Shown here piece after piece: positions 1 to 12,259 of a stretch of DNA of 64,000 bases. A program made the position numbers and the translations under genes. The DNA is taken from NCBI GenBank assembly GCA_020137815.1, contig CM035352.1:5270001-5334000 (forward strand). The letters are read 5' to 3'. The stretch comes from Hormiphora californensis. Lineage: Eukaryota > Animalia > Ctenophora. The notes beneath the pieces were generated by a model. The model did not search any database. It had not been told where the DNA came from and saw only the letters and a list, made by a program, of their open reading frames with translations. How positions within the stretch are numbered: position 1 is the stretch's first letter; every line of letters begins with the position of its first letter.

Positions 1-142
<142 letters not shown>

Positions 143-157
143 TACAGTTATTTATAC

Positions 158-3100
158 TTATCAAGGTTGAACGTTTCCTGCTCAAGATCAGGAACATCCT
201 TCATCCAACGTTCCTCAAAGTTCTGCTTCACATCCAGAGCCACTGCACCCTCCACCTAGAAACAGAAATATTCGTGCCTTCCCACATACACAGTTATCAC
301 CCCGTCCGCCTTTACAACAATATGAACTTTCGGAGAGTTAACTAAAAAACATGTTTGTGGCCGACTTTGTCGATTTATTATTTTCTACCTTCGAATGAAT
401 ATCATGCCAAGGTTGACGAGGTCCACATTCTGTATTTTCAAGTGTGTTACAAACATTATAGAAATCCCCCGCAAACTTGCCCTGTAACTCACCTGAATAG
501 CGTGTGCTCAGTTGTATCAAACCTGTAATTAGTGATCGGATTCTCCACTTAGAACTTCTTAGAACCTATAGTTATTGTCATGACCGGTTGGAAGAGGGCA
601 GCCTTTTGTGAGACAAGATTATTAGAATCTACAAGTAATACTACGGTTTACAACTATCAAGTGACCGGCCCCTGACTCTATGTTATGTTCCTATTCGAAA
701 TATAATGGCACAGTGACATCCACTTCCTCTAATTCCTCTACCTCCCCTCTCCTACACAACAAACCGAGGTTGTATTATTTAGAGGAAGATTACCAAAATC
801 CCCTCCAGTCGGCCATTATATACCTGCCACATGTAATATCGAGACCACCCACAAACGCCACCACTCTCCGTCTGACATAGGGACCCGGGGCATCGCACAC
901 AACTGTCTTCTGGTGGTGAGAGTATATCATCTCTGTCATGGTGCTGTGTAGTCCATTTTGGGTTTTCCGCCGGGACACAGTCGCACACTTTACCTAGGAG
1001 GGAGGGAATTGAAATGTTCAATGATGATTGGTTGAAATCTACCAATATTATATCATTCGATATACCAATCAAGTATACCAATTTGTCATAAAGAAAAGAA
1101 AGAGCGAGAGAGAAGGAATATTCCTTGAGAAAGATCTCGAGAGAGAGAGGGAGAGAGAATGGGAGAAAAATGTGTGACGGGCGATTGCCTCTGGGAAAGG
1201 AGCAATATTTCCAATTTTCAGCGACTATTGCTAGTGGACAAAACCACTATAAATGCCATGGTCATACTTAAAAATATAGGGCAAGAGAGCTGAGAGAGAA
1301 AGAGAGAGGGGGGAATGGAAGGTGACAGAAGACGGGGAAGAAAGTTTTGCTATATAATCGGTGATCCGATCACCCCAATTTGATAGTGTCTTAAATGGTC
1401 ATCCATATCAATAGATTTATAGCCTCACTTTATAACTCTATTCCAACAATTTTCTAATCCGGAAACCCCCAGTCTAAGTTTCAACGGGGCGTCTAACAAG
1501 TAGTTTTCTTGACAGATATTTAACAGCAGTTTGTCTCCCACCCTCAGCTCTGTCAAAGCTTCAACTCAGTAGACGTCTTGTAAATATCTGATGATCATGA
1601 TGCATATTATAAAAGCAGAATGAATTGAGAGCCCATTGAGAGATATAAGTAGCTTATCTGTCTCTGCTTAACTATTTCAATCTCTCTATACTATCCCCCT
1701 CTCTCTCGTAGGTGCCAACTAGAAAGTGAATCTTGAATAATATCCCACTTTTTTCTGATCTAGCGAATCCAACAGCGTGATAGCTTGTACTTAGAAATAC
1801 AGAATAGAGGGGATATATATGCGTTGTCACGCGTTGTCAGCGATTTTATAAAAAGAGACATTGGTTATTGGTTATGGCTATGTGGCACCTCTCCCTACGA
1901 GTTTATTATGTTTGTGAGAAATTTTAGCTTACTTTGCCAAATATCCCTTACATCTCGTCCGCTATGCGAAAGGATAAAATATTGTATGTTTCAAAGTGTA
2001 ACTGTAAGGGAACTGTAAGTGGGCCTGTAAGTCGTATACACTTTGAAAAGTACAATATTTTACCCCTTCCCCACCCTTTCGCATAGCATAATCCGTTCAT
2101 TGAAATTTACCAAAAATTAACGTATTATTTTTTAGAATGACACACACCCTTGACTTCCTGTTTGGGATCGTGGAACTAGGCTCAGCTCTAGTTGGATTGG
2201 TCCTCAACCCCCTGACTATTGCCTACTTTTACCGGAACCGTGACCAACTCTCATCCCTCCTTTACCTCTTCATTGTTATAACGGATATCGGGTCCCTCCT
2301 CTCGTGTCTACCCAGTTCTCTGAGCATGCTGAATAACCGGGTACCAATGCTACTCTCCAGCCCTGTCATCTGTACTCTCAGCGGTTTTGTCTTCAATATC
2401 ACCTCCCGATTTTCAGTATTTCTAATCGGACTCCTCTCTGTAGCCAGAGCACTGACCTTGCTCCTACCATTCCGAACCATACCCCGTATTGCATACATCA
2501 TCCCTCTGATCGTGTGTTTGGTATTCAACGTCCTTCTAGCCAGTGCACCCCTCGCATTCAGTAACGATGGTTACCATTATGAATCATTCAAGGCCCAGTG
2601 CTCGTGGGGTGTGGGGGAGCTAAACTTCGTTGGGTCGAGTAACACGACTTTGTGGAGGGGTATCACCTACTCAACTATCATCCTACCATGGTTGATTCCA
2701 GGGTGTGTCGTCATTATTTCCTGTTTCCTCTGTATCACTATCCTAGCCAAGTCAGACAGGAGAAAAAGGGCCATGGTCAGGACAACCAAGAAGGCGTACT
2801 CATATCGGCACATTACCGTCACCATCCTGCTAATGACACTGGTCTATACACTGTTTAATGGGCCATGTTGGGTACTATACACCGTCCTTCTCTCCTCGAA
2901 ACTCCACCCTATCTCCTGGCTACAGGCAGAAACAGGCCTCTACATTCACATCTTTGTCTCCCGGTTGAGTGTCAGCCTGAACGCAGCGGTAAACCCCTGT
3001 GTTTACTTCACCAGGATAGCAGGTTTGAGGAAGTTGGGTGTGGGAGAGGTGGCTCCTAATAACAATATGAGTAGCAGCGTACCCAGGGGACCGAAAGTGG

Positions 3101-6100
3101 AAATGGGGGAGGTGGCGGGGAAGGGAAGGGGCAGTGTGGAGACGGAGTTTCAGAGAGTGAGCAGCATGAGGAGGGCCAGTTCAGCCGTGGTTATGGGTGG
3201 TTGGCATGGAAACTGTAGGGGACACAGACCCTCTTTACACCATTCTATGTAGTGTGTGTTTTGTGTGTGTTTTGAAATTAATTAATTTGTTTTAGCAATA
3301 TACCATTCAACTAATTTACTGTGTTCTAATGTTTCACACACAGCTACGATGTGTGATTATCTACCTTCCTATTTCGAAACTTACGAAGTAGGAAAATAAC
3401 AGAAACCCTGCAAATAGCACATTTCGTCCGTTCGACATTCAGTCCCCCCCCCCCCCCCCCCAAGAACTCTTACCCCCCCCCCAAGAATTGTTACCCTGCT
3501 GTCTGCCCTAGACCAACTCCACCCAAGAATTGTTACTCTCCTCCCCCCCCCCCCCAGAAACTCTTACCCTGCTGTCTGCGAAGAACTCTAGGGTCTCCTG
3601 GTCAAATGTTCCCATTAGTCCATCAGTTAGATTTGTAGAGGTAATTTCATTCCAAACTAACACCAACACCTTGACCCCATCTTCCGCTTTCTCCTTCAGT
3701 AAATCACCTGGAATAAAAAGGAAAGATCTCATAGACAATATTATAGTGTTTTGAAATTTGAATGGTCAATTACATTTAAAATGTAAACTGTATACAATCA
3801 ATAAAGAATCAATTTGCCTAGCTAGACCCTGTTTCGTGAAAAGGTGATACAATTTATGTGAACAAGCGTAGTCTGGGGGAACCTAGAATGACCAGCTCCT
3901 AGTACATTTATTGAGTGAGAGGTCCAGAATAAATATTATTAATATTTATTATTCGAGCTACGCGGCAGGTGCATGTGGCAGGACAAGCCATTGGTCACTC
4001 TGGGGGGGGTTCCAACCTATTTTTTTGTACGGTTTTGTACGGTTTTGTACGGACCATACATAAAAGTATCCGAAATTCCTGTTTTTTTCCATACAAACAA
4101 TACAAAAAAATACAAAAAAATAATGAAGGATGTGGGTGCCTGATAAAAGTATAAATAATACATAGCTGGGTTCCGTTTATGTTCATGTACCATCTATCAT
4201 ATATATGAACGTTTTTAGTTCCATTGTCGTCCATTTTCCTGCTAAAATTACATACTAAAAAAGTGTGTAAAAGTACACGTTTTTGAAATTCTAAAAAACG
4301 AAATCATTAATTCAGATTACCGTTACGATTACGAGAAAATTTTCTCAGTTGGAGATCACTTTCTCGGTACTAATTTCGATTCGGGATAATTTTCTCGGTA
4401 AAAATTGGGATTTGGGGAAATTTTTCGCTTAGAAAATACGATTCGAGAAATTTTTTCGGTAAGAAATTGGGATTCGGGGAAATATCTCGCTTAGACAATA
4501 CGATTCGAGAAAATTTTCTCGGTAAGAAATTGCGATGCTAGGAAATTTCTCGCTTAGAAAATACGATTCGAGAAAATTTTCTCGGTAAGAAATTGCGATT
4601 CGGGGAAATTTCTCGCTTAGAAAATACGATTCGAGAAAAATTTTCTCGGTAACAAATTTCGATTCGAGGAAATTTCTCGCTTAGAAAATACGTTTCGAGA
4701 AAATTTTCTCGGTAAGAAATTGCGATTTGGGGAAATTTCTCGCTTAGAAAATACGATTCGAAAAAATTTCTCGGTAAGAAATTGCGATTCGGGAAAATTT
4801 CTCTCGCTTAGAAATTGTTGCCTTGTTCGACCCTCCCTCCCCGCGCCAACAAAACAAAGAAATTGCGATTCGATAATACAGGGTGTCCCACTGTCTTTGC
4901 GTGAACCCCGGTCGGATTTCTTGAACACGTATTTTTGACTTTAGGACGATATATCTGACGATTGGTAAAACTTGGAACGTCAATCTTGCAACCAAAATGT
5001 TCGCCAGACAATTCTCTAGAACACTGGTTTTTGTTAGAACCATTTTGACCAATTTTTCGATAAGTTTTGATTATTTTGACGGAACCCGGTCATGACCAGT
5101 AATCGCAGGTCACGCAAAGACAGTGGGACACCCTTTCTTGGATAGAAAGTTCGATTTGGAAAGATTTTCTCTCTTAGAAATTCCAATTTTTCGTACAAAC
5201 AGTACAAAAAAAAGCACAACAAATTATGGAGGTGGGTGCCTAGTAAAAGTTCATGGACGGGTTCCTTTTGTCCTAATGTACCACCTAGGAACGTTTGTCG
5301 TGTAATTATTATCTTTCATTCGAAATTCGAAAAAGTAAACATCATTGATTCAGATTTCGAAAATTTTGAATAGAATATTTCCTTGTGTTTTGATAAAGAA
5401 CAATTAAAACATGATTAAAACATGTTTTTATCTACCAATTATAAGAAAAAGTTGCTAATTTTGTATGAAACCACAGTTTAATAGGAATTTATGACACAAT
5501 TATGATCATAAACTAAAGTTTCAACGATCAGAAAAGCTTTGTTTAATCGTTTATACCCCGTTTTATTTTTTTGTATTTTTTTGTATTTTTTTGTACTTTT
5601 TTGTATTTTTTTGTATTTTTTTGTTTGAGGAAACCCGTGTTTTTTTCCGTACAAACGTACAACAAATAGGTTGGAACCCCCCCGTCACTCTTTGTGAGCC
5701 TATAGTCTATACTCAGCGATAAAATGATCATTGGTCCGCAGCATTATATTGGAGTAGTAAAAACCCCTCTCTCCTAGTCCATCTCTCGCTCCCTATTTCC
5801 ACTCCACATGAGTTTAAACCATCCCCATCTATCACTGAGAGCTGAGAGGCTTAGATTAAATATTTATTAATATTATTCGAGCTACGCAGGTGCATGTGGC
5901 AGGACAGGCCATTGGTCACTCTTTGTGAGCCTATACTCAGCGATAAAATAATCATTGGCCCGCAGCATTATATTGGAGTAGTAAAAACCCCTCTCTCCTA
6001 GTCCATCTCTCGCTCCCTATGGTTTGGTTTGGTTTGGTTTGGTTTGGTTTGGTTTGGTTTGGTAGGATTACAGTATAGCCACTAAGCAGCAAGCTACTGT

Positions 6101-9100
6101 CGGCACCGTGTTATCATTTAATATTTATATGAAAGACCCAAAGGAGAGGCATGTGCTCGGTACCACCATATTCATTGTCAACACCTCATTTGCCTAGCTA
6201 GACTGTGTTTCGTGCGAGGGTTAGAACATAACAACACCTCATATCAGATATGATTATAATAATAATAATAATAACTATGTTTGTATTCCGCCCATATCCG
6301 ACAGGGACAGAGCAGTAGAACTGTTGCTGTCACTGAAGGATGATCTGAACGGTTAACATACTTGAATAGACCTGCCGACTAATCCTTATAAAGGGATTTT
6401 GAAAAGTGTAATTAAAGTGTAATAAAAGTAGTATTTCAGTTTGAGATCGGGAAGAGGGGCAGAGCTATGGAAGGGATTTGGGCTGGTTCTAGATCCCTGC
6501 ATCCTGGGGAGTAGGACGGGATGCCGACCAGTGATCACGATCTCGTTCCCTATTTCCACTCCATGAGTGTAAACCATCCCCATTCCCCATCTATCATTTT
6601 CCTCAACCCAACCCGTCTTCAATATTTAACTCGCAAATGCAATACATTCTCTTACCTGCATCATTTAAAAAGTTAAAATAGCATACTGGAACCCTTCGTC
6701 TATTTGGAATTAAACCCCCCCCAACTGAATCCCATCATTACATTATATTGTGAACCTGCCAGATGGTAGTTCCTGGCGGGGGGGGGGGGGAGACCGGGGT
6801 TCGGGAGGGGGCCTCTTCTCCTAGTGTCAGCGATATCGCTTTGCGGTGGTCCCTTGACAGTCGTAGAAAAAGAAGAAGCGTAGTCTGGGTGAATAAACCT
6901 AGAATTAATAGCGCCTAGTACTGCAGTTATTGGGAGCTGAGAGGCCTAGAATAAATATTAATTATTATTCGAGCTACGCGGCAGGTGCATGTGGCAGGAC
7001 AAGTCATTCTTTGTGAGCCTATACTCGTTGGTCCGCAGCATTATATTGGAGTAGTAAAAACCCCTCTCTCCTAGTCCCTCTCCCTATTTCCACTCCATGA
7101 GTTTAAACCATCCCCAGATCTATCATTGAGAGGTCCAGAATAAATATTAATTATTATTCGAGCTACGCGGCAGGTGCATGTGACAGGACAAGTCATTCTT
7201 TGTGAGCCTATACTCAGTGATAAAATGATCGTTGGCCCGCAGCATTATACAGTCGGACCCCGATTTAGGGGCCCCCGATTTAGTGGCACCCCGATTTAGG
7301 GACAGGATTTTTTCCCCCGATATAGGAAATTAACCTTATTTGACCCCGATTTAGTGGACACCCCGATTTAGTGGACAAGAGCCTTTCCCCCGAGGGTGTC
7401 CCTAAATCGGGGTCCGACTGTATTGGGTCACAAGACGACACATTTTGATGAGGAATCGACACATCTTTATCCCCTGCTCCTGCATAAAACCAACCATCCC
7501 GGTCTGATTCAACACCCACTCAAAATGAAAATGTTGATTGTCCTCTGTGCAACTCTCCTCGTGGCGGCCCATTGCGGCGATTGCAGTACGAACGAGCTTT
7601 CTCTCTTCCCGAACACTGAGCAGGAGGGAGGAGTTGTCTTGAATGAGGATATAGAAGCACTCTCCGCCATTAATTTCGACAACCAGGTCTCCTCTTATTA
7701 TGCGGCATGTGGAAACTGGGAGTGCTTCAAGGACAACAGCTACCAAGGAGAGAAGTTTACCATCGTAGAAGGGGCTTCCGGAGTATGGGACGATGAATGG
7801 AACAATGTAATTAGCTCTTGCAGGGTTGTTGCAGTTAAATCTGCCAGGGCTGCAATTGCTTTTCTTGGTGCCTAGTGCCGGCGATATCGCTTTACGATAG
7901 TCCCTTGTGGGCTTGCCAACACCCTGGCCTGCCCCAACGGCCCAGGCACTTTAACACGATCGTAGTAGAAATAGTACAGTCGGACCCCGATTTAACGGCA
8001 CCCTCGGGGGAAAGGATTTTGTCCGTTAAATCGGGGTGTCCGCTAAATCGGGGTCAAATAATGTTAATTTCCCATATCGGGGGAAGATTATGCTGCCGTT
8101 AAATCGGGGTGCCGCTAAATCGGGGGCCGTTAAATCGGGGTCCGACTGTAGTATGATTTTTGCATGAATGACATGTTAATATGTTTAACTTAAAATTTTT
8201 TTCCTCCAACAATGTGTTTCCATTTGTATTTTCACACGAGAAATTAAAGAAATTAAAGAAAGGCAATTACCACTGGTAATACCATACCAGGGGAATTATG
8301 TGTCAGTGAGAAGGTTGCAGAACGCACTATCGGAAGCATATATCTTTCTTAGGTTCATCTCTGCCCTGATTTGCTTCTCAATATAATATATTTAGGAGCA
8401 AATCAAAGGAGATATTGTTTGAACCTTTCACCCACCTTTCATTTTTTTATAAAACAAGTATAATGGGTTTCCATGGGTATAATGGGTACACGTCATACAA
8501 TAACCTTGTTCTGTCATGTACTGATTCATGTTAAGATTCAAGAAATAGTTCTAACAACTCACCTATAGATTGTTTCTCTCCCTCTCTCCCGAGGGAGGTA
8601 TCTGACTTGACACTCCACCCCGTAACGTATATGAAGTCCCTGGCACCTTGTATAGCAGCCAGAATATCATCGAATGCACGGGCCCGCGTGTAACCTAACT
8701 GGTCCACAAGGTCACACTGTTCCGCACTTGCATCTTGATACAGGGTGACCTGGCGGGGAGAGAGAGCAACATGAACGAGTGAATAGTCAATAGTTCCGTA
8801 CTGTTATAGTGTTTACATCTGTAAACACTAGTGTAACTGTAAACTGCACATGGTACAGCAGACAGCTTACAATCATGGTATGGTGTGGTGTTTTCACTGT
8901 CGGCTGCAATAGTAACTGACAGCTGTGGGCTGTGTGTTTTGAGTTTTGACCTACATTTACACTGGATTTTGGAAGGTTGGAGAGCGGGTGTGTGTGAGTA
9001 AGGGCTTGCACATGAGCATTTGTGGTATATTGAGAGCTATACTCTCTCATAATGGAACTATTTCTGAAGTTTAGCCAGCTACAAATTTATATCTGTGTTG

Positions 9101-10450
9101 TTGTTGAACCTGCAGCTGCATGCTGGTGTCTATCAATAGATAGTTGAGTTTTGAGTTTAGCCGCAGGACTCAATAGTCAATACTCATCAAGATTTCATGC
9201 ATTGTTGTTTTGTTTTGCGTTCATACTGTTCTTGAATGGTTTAGAAGCTAGAATAGGAATGTAATACCCCGGTCTAACGAAGTTCACTACTTAGTACAGC
9301 CTGCCTTGCTCGACCCTGTTTAACCCTGTAGGATTTTATTATGCCTATAAGTTGTACCTGAAAACTTATAACACGAGACCGAAGGTCGAGTGTTATAAGT
9401 ACAACAATAATGATCCGAGACCACAGGTCGAGGCAGATTCTTGTACTTTAGTGCACGAGCCTGCGAGTGCCACTAAGTGTAACTACTAGCCTTCCCTATT
9501 TATCAAAATTTTTGAAATTCAAAAATGTGCCCCCTAGAATATGTTGACGACATCATAACTAGAGGGGAATCACCTTAGAATAACATCTTGAATGAATGCA
9601 GAGCTGCCGCATCCGGCCTAAAATTGTGCGAGTGTTTGCGATCCAATGCAAATGTTTGCGATTGATTGCAAATAGTTGCGATAAAATGCGATAAAATGCG
9701 ATTGCGACATAATGCGATTGTTTGCCACCACTTGCTAATAAATGCGATAGAATGCGAACGAATTCAATGTTTTGCTACTAAATGCGATCTCATGCGAATG
9801 AATGCTAATTCATTACGGATACTCTCCGCCAAATTCGCAAAAAATCGCATACAATCGCAAAAAATCGCATGATATAGCAAAGTATAGCAAGTCATCGCGA
9901 ATCATTGCAGACATTCGCAAACGTTCGCAAACGTTCGCATAATTTCCGGCCGCTTGCGGCAGCGCTACTCAAAATCTTCGAAAATTTTCGAGTCGTCAGA
10001 TTGCAGTAAAAGGTGTCCTCTAGACATCCTAGGGGACACATTTTTGAGATTTTGTTTCAAAACAGCTCCGAATGGACAAATAGGGAAGGCTAGACTAACT
10101 ACCTCAGTCCTCACGAGCCTGCGAGTGATGTAGTTTTACTTTTTGACCGAGCCTGCGAGGTCTAAAAGTGTAAGAATCTGGGACATTATTGTTGACGTCA
10201 GGTACAACGAAAATAGGCATAATAAAATTGCATTGTAAAATTTTTTAAACAAGAGTGAGAGACAGTTTAGGGCGTAACAATAGAACGAATTCGTGATAAG
10301 GTAGCAGGCAGAGATAAGATAACGCCTGAGATCTATAGGTAAAGAGAGTGAGAGATTAGTGAGAGTGAGAGAGATAAAGAATACAGTGGGCCCGGGAGTT
10401 CGTAACTGTTATCTTGATCTCGGTGTTGCAACGGCTTGAGAGTGTGACAT

Positions 10451-10483
<33 letters not shown>

Positions 10484-12181
10484 AATTTCGTACACGCTTA
10501 TCTTTCTAACGGTTTTTTAAGTGTGGAATTCTAAGTGCAGCGGTGTTATAAGTTTTCATGTATCACTGGGGGGTGTTATAAGTGAAAACTTATAACACTG
10601 GGGGGTGTTATAAGTGAAAACTTATAACACTGGGGGGTGTTATAAGTTGTACAAGCAGTGCTACCTAAAGAATCATAGCACTGGCAAGTGCCCCGGGCCC
10701 AAAAGGGGGGTGTGGGGGCACAGCCCCCACCATAAACGGGGGTGTGGGGGCAGAGCCCCCACCTTAGAAATACCCTCTAACTCAAAAAACAAAAGAGAGA
10801 GCACACGCAACACTTCTACACACAAGCGCGTGAAAACCTGCCAGTGCTACTATATACCATTGCAGATTTCGAGGTTTTTGATGCTTTAAAAAAGCATGTT
10901 CTAGATGAAGTAGAGAGCTGAAATTTTGTACTCTAAGGGCCCTCATATAGGAGAAGAGGCATGCAAATTTTCAGAACGATCGGATGTAAGGTAAAAATTT
11001 GCCAGAGGGGTCCCAAAATGCAAAAATGTAAGGAGGGGGAGGGGAGGGGGAGGGGAGGGGGAGGGGGAGGGGGAGGAGGACGCTTTTTTATCTTTGAGTG
11101 TTCTCCTAAACCACAAATAGTAGAGACTTGCCGTTTGGAACAGTGGTTCCTTACATCATTGCGCTCGGTAATAGCTGTGTGAGAACTTCGAAATCGCCAT
11201 AGTTCATTAATTATTCATTAATTAGTCATTAAATATTCATTTTAACCATGGTTGCGATATGACACGACTGGAAGGTCATAAAGACTTGAAACCGGTCTTA
11301 TTCGACGCGGAACGGTCGGTTTATGGGGGGTCTTACTCGGGACAAAAATCTCTATCTCGCACCGTTAAGCCGTCATTTGCATATTTATGCACCTATTCAC
11401 GATTTTATGCATATTTTCAATATTTTCACTTCGGCTGGTCCTAGAACGTTTTCGTGGACATATTTCGACGCAAAATAGTCGATTTATGGGGGGTCGTCCC
11501 CCGGACGAAAAGTCGTATCTCGAACCGTTTAGCCGTTATTTGCATAATTATGCACCGATTCATAATTTAATGCATATTCTGAATATTTCCAGTTCAGCTG
11601 GTCCTAGAACGTTTTCATGGACATATTTCGACGCAAAATAGTCGATTTATGGGGGGTCTTACTCGGGACAAAAATCCTCATCTCTCACCGTTAAGCCGTT
11701 ATTTGCATATTTATGCACCGATTCATGATTTAATGCATATTCTTAATATTTCCACTTCGGATGGTCCTAGAACGTTTTCATGGACATATTCCGGCGCAGA
11801 ATAGTCGATTTATGGGGGGTCGTCCACCTGACAAAAAGTCGTATCTCTCACCGTTTAGTCGTTATTCGCATATTTATGAATTATTCAAATTCGAAAATAT
11901 GCAGAAATCAGAAAAAAAAATCCGAAAAATAGCTTTTTCTATTTTACACCAAAAAGAACAGAAATTTAGTCCAAAAACCAATTAAATAAATTAGTTTGGA
12001 TGCCCGGGCCCATGTGGTGTCACGGGGGTAACACCTTTAGGCTATAACTGTCATAAATGATGGATATCGAGAGAGATAAAGGCAAAGGAAATTAGAATAG
12101 AAAGGGTGAGATATAATCAAGAAAGACGGAGAGATAAATATGAGGAGAGAGAAAAAAGAGAGATATAGTGAAAGAAACAGT

Positions 12182-12259
<78 letters not shown>

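Larger units (their letters stand above)
3865..7249. repeat. Local ~190-250 bp duplicated unit (about 4 copies plus fragments) upstream of the crystallin gene
   Basis: attattcgagctacgc(gg)caggtgcatgtggcaggaca..ttgtgagcctatactc..gcagcattatattggagtagtaaaaacccctctctcctagtcc recurs at ~3940 (interrupted by a TE), ~5870, ~6960 and ~7150. Confidence 0.85.

Noticed and set aside
482-492. 11-nt gtgagttacag micro-intron in PLD
   Set aside because: Removal does not restore the conserved frame.
4330-4870. Regular partly palindromic ~59-bp repeats resembling a CRISPR array
   Set aside because: No unique spacers, no cas genes, eukaryotic context; it is the internal tandem array of a TIR element.
7280-8102. 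ORFs containing QSDPDL..SGER..KSGCPLNRGQI (and YSRTPIYRDARGKG at 42854)
   Set aside because: Translations of MITE sequence, not genes.
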